A stretch of DNA of 64,000 bases. Origin: Thermoproteota archaeon (lineage in GTDB: Archaea > Korarchaeota > Korarchaeia > Korarchaeales > JAOZGB01). The DNA lies in NCBI GenBank assembly GCA_037917685.1, contig JAVCBU010000012.1, positions 128,001 to 192,000 on the forward strand. The letters run 5' to 3'. Shown piece by piece: positions 21,101 to 33,147 of this stretch. Within the stretch, counting starts at the first letter, position 1; the number at the start of each line of letters is the position of its first letter. A program made the translations under genes and the position numbers. A model generated the notes under the pieces. That model was given only the letters and a program-made list of their open reading frames with translations, ran no database searches and was not told where the DNA came from.

Positions 21101-21393
21101 GATTTACCTCCTTTCTGGGCTTTGAACAGGGACATTACTATCCCAAAAACTGTTTTTCCCACGCCTGTCGGGGCTACAGCGGCGAAGCTATATCCGGATA
21201 AGACTCTTCGAGCCCATGCTCTTTGAACGGACCATGGCTCCGAGCCGGTACACTGCTTAAAGAAGTCTTCGAACTCTATGGAGAGCTTATACTTTATCTC
21301 AGGCTCTATGGCGGGATCTACACCGTCAAGTTTTGTGGTTTCAAGGTCGTACTTGTACCCCGGCGCTAGCCCCAGATAGATGGCTGGAATCAA
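18163..21393 (-). CDS. rgy: Reverse gyrase
   Basis: SF2 helicase-like APTGVGKT, DDVD and QGSGRTSR; topoisomerase IA VESPNKA, DPDVEGE, SAGRAQTP, ITYHRTDS and GIGRPSTY. Confidence 0.97.
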   Translation of the reverse strand: MIPAIYLGLAPGYKYDLETTKLDGVDPAIEPEIKYKLSIEFEDFFKQCTGSEPWSVQRAWARRVLSGYSFAAVAPTGVGKTVFGIVMSLFKAQKGGKSLIIVPTSLLVHQALEKAESYIERKNLNVQVIAYSSRYTRKERIKTLEKIKNGSFHILIVTNQFLARRYEALKGNDFSFIFVDDVDSLLKSSKNVDRLLELLGFTKEEIMEALRKPGIRQHSLRKVLMLSTATGKPGPRTILFRRLLSFDIGILRAANLRNISDIAVPQLSLETLTNIVRKMGSGGLVFTRSTEQGKIVAEQLNRAGFKAKLVEGSDPEAVEKFKNGEYWILVGAAKPYGALVRGIDLPETVRYCIFYEVPRYEITLDNLKDQSVKLLSYLLLAIGERTLAVKLLREGEKYREEAEKKIIEGVRNKTVNKTIPLISRNGKQIICLPDISTYIQGSGRTSRLYPGGMSKGASFLIDKEELLIPFIKRASAREMEFNYLEYVDLENLKKEIDEDRRRISELKGRVEAESLVKPLLFIVESPNKAKTISKFFGKPGRRIIDGIPVYEFSTGNLIVTVIATGGHIVDLTTTRGYHGVLLKDGYVPVFTTLKRCRKCNTQFTDGKICPICGSTEIIDARKIISLLRRLAFETGSVYIGTDPDVEGEKIAWDISNLIRGFAGHVMRAEFHEVTRRAILQALQKPKELSFERVKAQIIRRIEDRWIGFELSQELQRRFHNKNLSAGRAQTPTLGWILERYRLAKQREIQTVITSENLQLRIKGKHGNEGRTEIYIEVVGEEEGSLPPPPPFTTSEMLKEASRILRMPAARTMAIAQNLFESGLITYHRTDSTRVSDAGLRIAKTYLGGRFTQRKWHMQGAHECIRPTKPLSPQELISLLREGVIKTPVRLKSDHIKLYSLIFKRFIASQDKTVKIIKQKARVKALGETFEVERLVEIKSKGWIANYPYLYKVQPRLHEGPSTAMVKHVKVRKAYPYTQGELISLMKQKGIGRPSTYAVIISKILQRRYARDVKGYLIPTRTGYIIYNYLVKKYPDLISEERTRSLEEKMEMVESGVEDYQKIIDELYHEIKSKTRT

Positions 21394-21436
21394 GGGAGGT
21401 CAAAAGCCAATATTCACGGATAAAATTAAACCTATT

Positions 21437-21985
21437 TTAGATGTTTCTCACAGTTTTAAAACATCTCTTCTCAGTGCATATTACATCTATTTTTTGATCC
21501 CATTCCTCGCGTGGGAGCCTTTCAACAACTTGGAGACTGTGGCAAATAACGGCTACTTTAACGTTGGGGTTCAGTCTTCTCGCTAGGCTTATCTCTCGGT
21601 CCCCGTATCCTCCTCCTTTGCCCAGCCTCCAGCCATGCTTGTCGACTGCTACACATCCTTGAACTACGAGATCTAAAGGTCCAGGGATGCTTTGAAATGT
21701 TGCGTTAGCCATTATCCATCTTATAGTGCCGCTCGGCCTTTCGGATGGGTGGTTCACAACTGCGTATCCCCTTTTAAGCCTTGGTGTAGCCATTATAAGC
21801 GTTTTTCCGTCGAGCATCACCCTGAGTCTTAAGCTTTTCAGCGGCGAATCCGGAGCGACTAGTATTCTTTTTGCTCTTCTGTAGATTTCTGTTTTTGTAA
21901 GATTTTTCACGGCGTCCTCCGCCCCTTTAAAGTTAGGTATTCTCCCATGGATGGGAAATGGAGGTCTTGCTACGTGCTTTTCCAC
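21437..21985 (-). CDS. 5-formyltetrahydrofolate cyclo-ligase family protein
   Basis: GRIPNFKGA, PDSP, TPRL, RLGKGGGYGDRE; true start probably upstream (about 22033-22042). Confidence 0.85.
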   Translation of the reverse strand: MEKHVARPPFPIHGRIPNFKGAEDAVKNLTKTEIYRRAKRILVAPDSPLKSLRLRVMLDGKTLIMATPRLKRGYAVVNHPSERPSGTIRWIMANATFQSIPGPLDLVVQGCVAVDKHGWRLGKGGGYGDREISLARRLNPNVKVAVICHSLQVVERLPREEWDQKIDVICTEKRCFKTVRNI

Positions 21986-22022
21986 TAGTAGCTTCCATAT
22001 TTCCTTCCTGATCCTGTCTTTC

Positions 22023-23243
22023 TCAAGCTTCAGGTTTTGCAGTTTTCTTCAACCTCCACGCTACTAAGACTATACCAAGTAGTATTATGGCGGAGAATCC
22101 TATAACTAGCAAGATTGGTATTGCTTTTCCGTAGGTAATCTTTATTTCTCTGGTTTCTCCGGGGTTGACTGTTACCCTAATTCTTAGATTTATGCTTCCA
22201 TCTGAAACTGTCTCTTCCGCTACTTCACCCCCCGAAACTGTGTATTCTTCAGTAGATGGTATTGATACCTCGATTCCATTAAGCGGTATGGGGTGTGCTT
22301 CCACCGAGTAGGCGTACCCTGCCAGGCTTTTGAACTGGTGACTGGTGATGCTGTTTTGGATTTTGATTTTAGTCTCATGTTTTCCACTTGTTACTTCCAC
22401 TTTTAGGTCTCTGAACCTTATCAGGGTTATTTCAGCATTTCCACCTGTGACGTGGACCAGCAACAGGTGGTTTACTCCCCCGTTCTCTGGATCCGCGTAG
22501 AGAGGTGCTCCAGCCCCGCCTGTTATTATCTGGACTATGCCGTCGTGTTCGGAGTAGTCGAATACATGCTCGTGACCTGCAAAAACATAGTCTACCCCGT
22601 ACTCTTTGAATAGTGATACTACTATCTGCTTGTTGGTTTCATTTTGGAAAGAATCTTCCTCATGTGGGCCGACAGGCCATATAGGCCTGTGTAGAAATAC
22701 AAAGGTCAGTGTTGCGTTACTGTTTGCCTTCAGGTCTTCTGTTAGCCAGTCTAGCTGTTCGCCGTATATCCCACCGGTTTCCCCTTTTATCTCGGTGCTT
22801 AAGAAAATGAAGTGGCATCCTTTATGGTTGAAAGAATAGTATAGGGGTCTCCCGAGGATTTCCTGATACAGTTCTTCCCCCCGGCCCCTTGCATCGTGAT
22901 TTCCTATAACAGTGTAATAGGGGACTTTACACTCATCTATCACTTTTTTGAACTCTTCGTATTGTGCTTTGGCCCGGTCATAGCTTCCACTACCGTATAT
23001 CAGATCGCCGGTATTTACTGCGAAGTCAGGTCTTATCCAGTTCACATATTTTATAAGCTCCTTGAATAAGAGAGAGACCACCGGTGTTTCTGTTGACGGT
23101 CTGTTATCGCCCATAACTATAAAGTAGAAATCTTCCTGTGTAATGCCTGCCCTACTGGCTTGAATCGTCAAGATGAGTAGTTGCAATACTAAAAGTGTTT
23201 TTAAGGCTTTACGCATCTTTATCCCTCTACTGGTTTTGGGCAT
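22023..23243 (-). CDS. Secreted/anchored calcineurin-like metallophosphoesterase
   Basis: GDNR, TGDL, GNHD, HRP and GHEH motifs; signal peptide and C-terminal TM. Confidence 0.9.
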   Translation of the reverse strand: MPKTSRGIKMRKALKTLLVLQLLILTIQASRAGITQEDFYFIVMGDNRPSTETPVVSLLFKELIKYVNWIRPDFAVNTGDLIYGSGSYDRAKAQYEEFKKVIDECKVPYYTVIGNHDARGRGEELYQEILGRPLYYSFNHKGCHFIFLSTEIKGETGGIYGEQLDWLTEDLKANSNATLTFVFLHRPIWPVGPHEEDSFQNETNKQIVVSLFKEYGVDYVFAGHEHVFDYSEHDGIVQIITGGAGAPLYADPENGGVNHLLLVHVTGGNAEITLIRFRDLKVEVTSGKHETKIKIQNSITSHQFKSLAGYAYSVEAHPIPLNGIEVSIPSTEEYTVSGGEVAEETVSDGSINLRIRVTVNPGETREIKITYGKAIPILLVIGFSAIILLGIVLVAWRLKKTAKPEA

Positions 23244-23287
23244 GGTGAACTCTTAAGCTTTATTTTATTTCAACAGTAAATTTATAT

Positions 23288-24340
23288 GTGGCGTGGAGGG
23301 AGCCTATCGGGGGTCTTATTCTTGCTTTTATTCTTGCCCTTGTATTTCACCTAGTGGGATTTTGTTTTGCCTTCGAGGTTGCAGTGTTTTCAATAGGAGT
23401 CTTATTAATCTATTTTGGTAGCGAATTTTCCGTTCTTGGATTCAAAGATTTATCGTTAAATATAGGAGTTTCAGAATACTTTGCTGGCTTGACTTCAAGT
23501 ATCGCTTCAAACCTTCCTGAGCTGGTAGTTTCAATTCTCATACTAAGAAGGGCTTTGACGTTTGGAGACATCGAGCTTGCAGAAGTAGCTGTCTTATCTG
23601 TGGTAACAGCGACAGGCTTTAACTCCCTGCTTCTCGGTCTTCTTATAGTTATGGTGACCCATAGGACAGGAGCTTTAAAGTTTCCATACGAGGCTATCCG
23701 TCACGAAAGCCATCTTATAAGGTTGTCCATCGTCGTTTCAATACTGATATTTGCTCTTGGGGTTTTGGAATGGAAGGCTGGCTCGGAACCGGTTCTGCCA
23801 AGGCCGGTGGGGGCGTTCCTCCTATTAATATATGCTGTATACGCCTTTTTTATGTACCTTAGTTGTGAAAGTAGGGGGGAGAAGCCTTCTATGAGCTTCA
23901 GCAGGGCTGCTTTATACTCTGCTGGGGGGGTTCTACTAATATTTATTGGGGGCCATTTGATATCGGGTTTCGTTGAGGAGGCTATAAGCCGGATGGGATT
24001 ATCTGTTGTATCGGCGGCTTTAATTGTGGGGGCTTCTGGAAGCGTTCCCGAGCATGCTATATCTCTTGTAGGGGCTGTTAGGGGGGAGCTTGAACTCAGC
24101 CTTGGAAATCTTATAGCTGGGATGATACAGTGTATTCTTATTATTTTCGGCTTGATTTCTGTTTTCACACCTGTAGTTCTGGATGGTTTTATTCTTTTCC
24201 AGTTTGTAGCTGTTGCAGGTATCTTATGGATTGTTAAGAAGTCAATTTTAGACGATGGCCAGCTTACTATTGATGAGGGATTATTTATCATCATCTTACA
24301 AACAATGTTATTCATGCTCTTGGAGGAGTTGAGAGTTTAG
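23288..24340 (+). CDS. Sodium/calcium (CaCA family) antiporter
   Basis: Alpha repeats ASNLPEL and SGSVPEH; about 10 TM helices. Confidence 0.8.
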   Translation: MAWREPIGGLILAFILALVFHLVGFCFAFEVAVFSIGVLLIYFGSEFSVLGFKDLSLNIGVSEYFAGLTSSIASNLPELVVSILILRRALTFGDIELAEVAVLSVVTATGFNSLLLGLLIVMVTHRTGALKFPYEAIRHESHLIRLSIVVSILIFALGVLEWKAGSEPVLPRPVGAFLLLIYAVYAFFMYLSCESRGEKPSMSFSRAALYSAGGVLLIFIGGHLISGFVEEAISRMGLSVVSAALIVGASGSVPEHAISLVGAVRGELELSLGNLIAGMIQCILIIFGLISVFTPVVLDGFILFQFVAVAGILWIVKKSILDDGQLTIDEGLFIIILQTMLFMLLEELRV

Positions 24341-24351
24341 GGTGGTTAAAT

Positions 24352-24753
24352 TTGGTTGAATATGGTCTTAAGCCAGGGTTAAAAAGGAAGGCTAGAATGG
24401 TGGTCGATGAAAATCATGTTGCTAGCTTTATCGGAAGCGGCAGTCTAAGGGTTTTAGCGACACCCTCAATGGTTGGATTAATGGAGAAGGCTTCAAGGCT
24501 TCTTGCTGACGAGTACTTGCCTGAAGGCTACACGACTGTCGGTGTGAAAGTAGAGATCGCCCATGTAAACCCAGCGCCAATAGGAGCTAAGGTTGTAGCA
24601 ATAGCCGAACTCGAAGAGGTGGAGGGTAGAAGGCTCAGGTTCAAGGTTAAGGCCTACTGGAAGGAAAAACTAATAGGGGAGGGATACCATGAGAGGGTTA
24701 TAGTAGATATAGAAAGGTTCCTAAAGAAGGTTGAAGCAATGATTAAGAGTTAA
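24352..24753 (+). CDS. FlK-like hot-dog thioesterase
   Basis: VLATPSMVGLMEKA, TTVG..VEIAH..PAPIG, IGEGYHER. Confidence 0.9.
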   Translation: MVEYGLKPGLKRKARMVVDENHVASFIGSGSLRVLATPSMVGLMEKASRLLADEYLPEGYTTVGVKVEIAHVNPAPIGAKVVAIAELEEVEGRRLRFKVKAYWKEKLIGEGYHERVIVDIERFLKKVEAMIKS

Positions 24754-24855
24754 GGCTCCAGGTAACCATGAGGGATGCACGGACCTACGTGTCAGACATT
24801 GACGGGGGGTCCGATGCACGGTAATAGTTCAGAAGGCACAAACACACATAGGGCG

Positions 24856-25038
24856 AAATACGCCTTTTTCTTAGGATGTATTATGCCGCTACGTTACCCA
24901 GGTGTCGAGCTTGCTACGAGGAATGTTTTAAAACGTCTTGGTATAGGGCTGGAGGATATCGATGGTACTTCTTGCTGTCCTGCTCCCGGGGTTATCGGTA
25001 GCTTTAACCTTAAGGGTTGGCTTGTCTGGATGGATTAG
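24856..25038 (+). pseudogene. hdrB: N-terminal fragment of heterodisulfide reductase subunit B
   Basis: KYAFFLGCIMPLRYPGVELATR...SCCPAPGV...W, then a stop after about 60 aa. Confidence 0.85.
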
Positions 25039-25041
25039 CTA

Positions 25042-25353
25042 TGGATGTGTACAACATGTTATACATGCCAAGATTCGTGTCCTCACGGAATTGCAACCAC
25101 AAATCATCTTAGGGTTCTTAGAAATATAGCTTTCTCCGAAGGTTATGCCTTAAAGAACCACATCATAGTAGCAGGCAACCTTCTAAGATACGGGCATGCG
25201 ATACCGCCGAAGAATGCGATATCAAGGCTTAGACGGGAGATAGGGCTCAATTCCCCCCAACTACGATAAAGCATGATTGGGCTCTTAGTCAGGTTCGAAA
25301 AATATTTGAGATAACCAGATTCAGGAAGCTTTTGGAAAGGTATGGTGTGACCC

Positions 25354-25361
<8 letters not shown>
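25042..25361 (+). pseudogene. hdrC: C-terminal fragment of heterodisulfide reductase subunit C, frameshifted
   Basis: WMCTTCYTCQDSCPHG...LRNIAF..GY...GHAIP...LRREIGL; continues in another frame after the C6 run (25253-25258) as PTTIKHDWALSQVRKIFEITRFRKLL. Confidence 0.85.
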
Positions 25362-27858
<2,497 letters not shown>

Positions 27859-27870
27859 TTATATGAAGCA

Positions 27871-29493
27871 TCATGGTTTCACTCTCACTATCCAGATGAA
27901 CCCGTATCCCGTGTCCTTATAGTAGAACGTTTCAAAGTATCTGTCATCATTGAACTTTTCAAGGTAGGTGTCCACCCCAAATTCAGAGGCAGGCTTGTAA
28001 TATGAGAGAAGGTTTCCATATTGTATCATGGGGGTCGAGATGTAAATATGGGTGAGACCGTATCTTCTTGCGACATTCCATGCTTCTAAGGGATCCGTAG
28101 TTGAGTAAAGGATGTATAGATCATTCTGCACCTGACCGGGAGCTTTAATGTAGGGATATTCTACATTCCTAAGTGGAAAAACACCTCCAAGCAACGCTCT
28201 ACCACCACATACTCCTGCGAACATCTGGGCTCTATAGTAGTCCGCGCATATCCTAGCATCCTCACCTGTGTGCTGTCTGAACCAAACAGCTGCCTGATAT
28301 TCCTCGATAGTAATTCCAGCATTAGTTAATTTCCAGTCTAATCCGTATCCATATAGATCAACTGCCAGCGCTGATATTACTAACAATGATATAACATAGC
28401 CGTGCCTAAATTTGTAGATAAAATAGACAAGTAATACAGCTATTAGTAGGGCTAGCGGCTGAGCTAGAAACGGGTAGAATCTAAAACCCTCCAGCGGCTT
28501 AGCGATGGTACTCCAAGCGAGGCCGGGCTTACCAATCAATCTTATAATTGTCTCATTCTGGGTTTCAATTAGGGGGATCAAAGACCAAAGGATAACAGGA
28601 AGATGCCGCCTCCATCTGCTAAAGCTAAACGCCAACGCAATCATACCTACAACCGCGGCGGTTGGCCCGTAATATTCAAGGTGGCCGAACGGTGGCATAT
28701 AACCACTTGACGTTACTAAGGCATGGATCCACCACCAGTAAAGGTTTCGGGGAAGCCACCATGGAGCAGCAGCCAGCTGAGACAAACCGATCGCAGCTAA
28801 AACTTCGAGTAGAACCTTCCGTACAGCCCTCCTAGACAATATAAGGCCTAGAGTATAGAGTATCAGGCATAGTATTAGTAGGAAGTATGAAAGATGCATC
28901 AAGAAGCAGGCTGTAAGCATTAAACTTAGAAGTAGGATATACCTAAACCCAAGCCCTTTATCCCCTCTCACTGTGACTATCCACATTGCTATTGGTATCA
29001 AGAACAATGTAAAAGACTGCGGATCGGCTATCCCTGTGAAATATACAAAAGATGGGGTCAACGATAGGACTATTAATGACAAGTACGCCTCTAAGCGTCC
29101 ATAGAGATTCCTAGCCAGATAGAATATCGAAACAGATGATAATGCCTCGAAAAATGGAATAATTCTACTGCAAACAGTTGGTATGTCCAATCCGGATATT
29201 TTTGACAAGACCGCTAGCATAAATGGTGAAAGTGGCGGGTACCACATTGGAACATATCCATACGCCCTGTACCTTATATCTGGCTCAGGCAGGCTCCAGT
29301 GATCGTAGAAGTACTGCGCCATACAAACCCGATACCAAACATCCCCCTGGAAGGCTAGAAGATGAGGATCTACCCTAAGCTTAGGATAAAGCCTTAAAAA
29401 GACAGATAGAAAATACAGTGCTACCACAAACGCTGCATCCACACCAATCATGTTCTTAATTTTATCTCTGAGCCCCATGGAATCTACATCCAA
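27871..29493 (-). CDS. GT-C superfamily (ArnT/PMT-like) membrane glycosyltransferase
   Basis: GDVWYR, WYPPL, many TM helices, and an extracellular C-terminal domain (AAVWFRQHT...ICADY). Confidence 0.65.
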   Translation of the reverse strand: MDVDSMGLRDKIKNMIGVDAAFVVALYFLSVFLRLYPKLRVDPHLLAFQGDVWYRVCMAQYFYDHWSLPEPDIRYRAYGYVPMWYPPLSPFMLAVLSKISGLDIPTVCSRIIPFFEALSSVSIFYLARNLYGRLEAYLSLIVLSLTPSFVYFTGIADPQSFTLFLIPIAMWIVTVRGDKGLGFRYILLLSLMLTACFLMHLSYFLLILCLILYTLGLILSRRAVRKVLLEVLAAIGLSQLAAAPWWLPRNLYWWWIHALVTSSGYMPPFGHLEYYGPTAAVVGMIALAFSFSRWRRHLPVILWSLIPLIETQNETIIRLIGKPGLAWSTIAKPLEGFRFYPFLAQPLALLIAVLLVYFIYKFRHGYVISLLVISALAVDLYGYGLDWKLTNAGITIEEYQAAVWFRQHTGEDARICADYYRAQMFAGVCGGRALLGGVFPLRNVEYPYIKAPGQVQNDLYILYSTTDPLEAWNVARRYGLTHIYISTPMIQYGNLLSYYKPASEFGVDTYLEKFNDDRYFETFYYKDTGYGFIWIVRVKP

Positions 29494-29549
29494 TATTACG
29501 AGTGCGATGTTAAAAATTATAACGCATGAATAAGAATGGACCTACAGTA

Positions 29550-30485
29550 TTATCTTGCCTCCTCCCTTCTATATGGTATAGCTAGTGCTGAAGGGCTCCT
29601 CGTCCCCCTTGAAACCGCTATCAATGCAAGTATTATAGAAAGGTATGGTATCATGAGGAGGAAATATGTAGCTGATGGATAACCCATCTTAGTGAATACC
29701 TCTTGGAGGGTTGTCGATATAGACCATGTGAAACCAAAGAGCAGGGAACCAGCCCAGGTTCTGAGAGGATCCCATTTCCCGAAGTATACTAGTCCTATTG
29801 CTATAAAGCCCATGCCAAACGTAAGGTTTTCGAAGAATAGGCCTACAACTGCTAGGCATAGGAAGCCTCCTGCTATTCCGGCCAATGCTGAGCCTATAAT
29901 GACAGCGAGATATCTTACAAGATAAACGTTCACCCCGAGAGTATCTGCTGCTCGTGGGTTTTCTCCTACAGCCCTTAGTGAGAGACCCCACCTGGATTTG
30001 TAGAGCATGAACCACATAATCGGGATAAGGATGTATGAAAGGTATGCCATAGGATACTGTTTAAAGAATGCGCCTCCTACCACCGGTATCCTTGACAGGA
30101 GTGGTATCTCGACCTGAATTGATTTCTTAATGGTAACATGTTCTGCGCGGAATATCGACCTAAAAAGAAAGTCTGAAAGGCCGAAACCAAGGAAGAATAT
30201 TCCCATTCCCGCGATAACCTGGTTTAGTTTGAGAGTTACGGACATGAAAGCCATGAGCAGGCCTAACACTATTCCTACAAGCAGGGAGGCCAAGTATCCT
30301 ATGAGACAGCTCCCGGTTATGTAAGTATAGTAGAAGCTTAGAAACGCCCCCATAAGCATAATACCTTCAAGTCCAAGGTTTAAGACTCCGGCTCTCTCAG
30401 AGTATACTTCCCCTACACCAGCGAGGGCTAGGGGGGTTGCCGTGACAACCATAAGATTAAGTATGGACGTTATTAGTTCAAGCAT
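29550..30485 (-). CDS. Nucleoside/sugar ABC transporter permease (NupC/YufQ-like)
   Basis: SERAGVLNLGLEG, LRAVGENPRAADTLGVNV, GFIAIGLV. Confidence 0.92.
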   Translation of the reverse strand: MLELITSILNLMVVTATPLALAGVGEVYSERAGVLNLGLEGIMLMGAFLSFYYTYITGSCLIGYLASLLVGIVLGLLMAFMSVTLKLNQVIAGMGIFFLGFGLSDFLFRSIFRAEHVTIKKSIQVEIPLLSRIPVVGGAFFKQYPMAYLSYILIPIMWFMLYKSRWGLSLRAVGENPRAADTLGVNVYLVRYLAVIIGSALAGIAGGFLCLAVVGLFFENLTFGMGFIAIGLVYFGKWDPLRTWAGSLLFGFTWSISTTLQEVFTKMGYPSATYFLLMIPYLSIILALIAVSRGTRSPSALAIPYRREEAR

Positions 30486-30492
30486 TCTGGAA

Positions 30493-31548
30493 TCACCCGA
30501 CTCTTATTCTATACCTGGCTAATAGCTCTGATATTAATACGAAAATATAGATCATTCCCTCAAGAGCCTTTGAAAAAGTATAGCTTAGCCCGGTTGTCGC
30601 CTGGAGGTACACTACCCCATTATAGATTGCTCCAAAGATGAATGAGGAAGGTATTATTGCGAGGGGGTGGTCCTTGCCAACAAGGGACACTATTATAGCA
30701 GTATATCCCAGCCCTACAGATATCCCCTCGTATAGAAAGTGATGTACACCCATAATTTCGATGGAACCGGCTAGGCCAGCCAGGCCCCCACTTATAATCA
30801 TTGATAGAATAATCATGCTTTCAACATTGTATCCCGAGTATCTCGCACTAGAAGGGTTTTTCCCGCAGGCCCTAAGCTTAAATCCTATGTTTGTCTTAAA
30901 GAGCAGGTAGTAGACAAGATAGGCTATAATAATCGAGACTAGAAATCCTAAATGTAATCTCGTCCCAGGGATGATGATAGGCATCTCCGCTTTTATGGGT
31001 GGGGACATAGGCCACATTTCACTTTGAGGATTTTTAAGGGGGCCCCTTAGAAGCCACTGTAAAAGTTTAAACGCTAGCCAGTTCATCATAACTGTCGTTA
31101 CCACCTCGTTAATGCCCATTTTCGCCTTTAGATATCCAGCTACACCACCCCAGACTCCTCCAACCGCTAGGCTGAGAAAGAACGCTAGAACTGTAATTAA
31201 AGGCCAAGGTGTGAAGTCTTGGAGCAACATGCTGATCCATGTTGCAGCTATCGCTCCCATTATGAACTGGCCTTCGGCTCCTATATTCAAAACGTTCCCT
31301 CTGTTTGACAAGGCTATACCCACACCCATCAGTAGAAAGGGAACCATCCTTACAAGGGTGTCGGCAAGCTTCCTCGTAGACCCGAAGGCACCACTCAGGA
31401 AAGCGGAGTAGCCGTCAATAGGGCTAACCCCCGCCCACTCCATTAGAACCCCGCCAACAAGGAATGCGAGGAAAAATGCAAGTATCGGTGTTAACACAAA
31501 TATAAACAGGGAGGATTCCCTCCTTTCAACCATAATTTTCAAGCCCAA
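30493..31548 (-). CDS. Nucleoside/sugar ABC transporter permease (NupB/YufP-like)
   Basis: NIGAEGQ, INEVVTTVMMN, GKNPSSARYSG, GLAGLAG. Confidence 0.92.
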   Translation of the reverse strand: MGLKIMVERRESSLFIFVLTPILAFFLAFLVGGVLMEWAGVSPIDGYSAFLSGAFGSTRKLADTLVRMVPFLLMGVGIALSNRGNVLNIGAEGQFIMGAIAATWISMLLQDFTPWPLITVLAFFLSLAVGGVWGGVAGYLKAKMGINEVVTTVMMNWLAFKLLQWLLRGPLKNPQSEMWPMSPPIKAEMPIIIPGTRLHLGFLVSIIIAYLVYYLLFKTNIGFKLRACGKNPSSARYSGYNVESMIILSMIISGGLAGLAGSIEIMGVHHFLYEGISVGLGYTAIIVSLVGKDHPLAIIPSSFIFGAIYNGVVYLQATTGLSYTFSKALEGMIYIFVLISELLARYRIRVG

Positions 31549-33113
31549 AGCTTCGACACCTCCTCCCGGCTCATTCTTTTAGCTCCAGCCATCATAAGCC
31601 CCACATCTTCGAGCTGGAGATCACCAGGCTTGAATCCCCCAACTATTTCACCCTCGTACATCACGATAACCTTGTCGCTAAGGGAGAGCACTTCTGAGAG
31701 TTCCCCGGATACAAGTAATACGGCTTTCCCGTTACTTCTAGCCTCGAGCAGCAGTCTTCTTATATACTCTGTAGCTCCAACATCAAGGCCCGCAGTAGGT
31801 TCTTCAGCGATTATAAGATCAGAACCCCTACTAAGCTCCCTTGCAAGTATGAGTCTCTGAATATTCCCGCCTGAAAGGTTGGCGGCACGTGTGGAAGGAG
31901 AAGGTGTGACTATGTTAAACTCTTTTATCAGCTTTTCCGCGTACTCGTTGATTTTTTCAAGGCTTATTCGCTTGACAGGGCCCAAAAAAGACTTGGAGAA
32001 CGGCTCAAAGTCAACCTGTTCGAGTACAAGGTTTTCTGCCGCTGAAAAGTCGGGGATGATCCCTATTCTAATTCTTTCCTCAGGTATCAGGGATATACCC
32101 CTCATAATCCTATCTCTAACAGTCCCACCAGTCATATCATACCCAAATATCCTGATACTTCCCTTAAGTGGAGCCCTCAAGCCATAAATCGCCTCAACCA
32201 GTTCTTTCTGCCCGTTACCAGCTATACCTGCTACTCCTAGGATTTCACCGCATCTAAGACGGAGAGAAACGTCTTTAACAGCTGGAACCCCTTTGTCACC
32301 CATAACCCAGAGGCCCTTAACTTCCAGGGCGGTCTTTCCAGGGACTACAGGCTTCTTTTCAAGTTTAAACAGGACTTCCCGGCCAACCATCATACGAGCA
32401 AGCTGCGGGATTGTAGCTTCCTCCCTCCTAAGCCTACCAACGACTCTACCCTTTCTCAGAACAACTATACGGTCAGCAACAGCCATAACCTCTTGCAACT
32501 TATGTGTGATAAATATTACTGCCATTCCGGCTTCAACGAATTTTCTAAGTGTTTTAAACAGGGCTTCTGATTCTTGCGGGGTTAGAACGCTTGTAGGCTC
32601 GTCAAGAATTAGTATCCTAGCGTTCCTAAATAATGCCTTAACAATTTCGACCCTCTGTTTCTCTCCCGCAGACAGCTGCCATATCTTCCTGTTAGGATCG
32701 ACTTGCAAGCCGAATTTTTTAGAGATTTCTTCTATCCTACGTATGGCTGTTTTAAAGTCTATGATGATTCCAAACTCGCTTAAACCTAAGATTATATTTT
32801 CTACCACTGTGAAATCGTCTATAAGCATAAAATGTTGGTGTACCATCCCTATGCCATTAAGGATGGCATCCCTTGGGGATCTAAATGATACATGCTTCCC
32901 GGAAATTATTATTTCCCCTGAGTCAGGCTTGTATAATCCATATAGGATATTCATAAGGGTTGTTTTCCCGGCACCATTTTCCCCGAGGAGAGCTAAAACT
33001 TCGCCTGGAAAGACCTCTATAGACACATTGTCATTGGCGAGGACCCCGGGAAACCTTTTTACAATGTTTCTCATTACAACAACAGGTTCATCTTTAGCCT
33101 TACTACTCGGCAA
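31539..33113 (-). CDS. Nucleoside/sugar ABC transporter ATP-binding protein (tandem NBD)
   Basis: GENGAGKTT, LDEPT, LSGGNIQR. Confidence 0.95.
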   Translation of the reverse strand: MPSSKAKDEPVVVMRNIVKRFPGVLANDNVSIEVFPGEVLALLGENGAGKTTLMNILYGLYKPDSGEIIISGKHVSFRSPRDAILNGIGMVHQHFMLIDDFTVVENIILGLSEFGIIIDFKTAIRRIEEISKKFGLQVDPNRKIWQLSAGEKQRVEIVKALFRNARILILDEPTSVLTPQESEALFKTLRKFVEAGMAVIFITHKLQEVMAVADRIVVLRKGRVVGRLRREEATIPQLARMMVGREVLFKLEKKPVVPGKTALEVKGLWVMGDKGVPAVKDVSLRLRCGEILGVAGIAGNGQKELVEAIYGLRAPLKGSIRIFGYDMTGGTVRDRIMRGISLIPEERIRIGIIPDFSAAENLVLEQVDFEPFSKSFLGPVKRISLEKINEYAEKLIKEFNIVTPSPSTRAANLSGGNIQRLILARELSRGSDLIIAEEPTAGLDVGATEYIRRLLLEARSNGKAVLLVSGELSEVLSLSDKVIVMYEGEIVGGFKPGDLQLEDVGLMMAGAKRMSREEVSKLWA

Positions 33114-33147
33114 GTAGACACCTAAAAAATATTGGGGGGTGTTTGGT

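Noticed and set aside
24777-24817. Hairpin CGGACC...GTCA-GACAT-TGAC...GGTCCG as an H/ACA RNA or SECIS
   Set aside because: No ACA box, K-turn or GAA/A motif; could be chance
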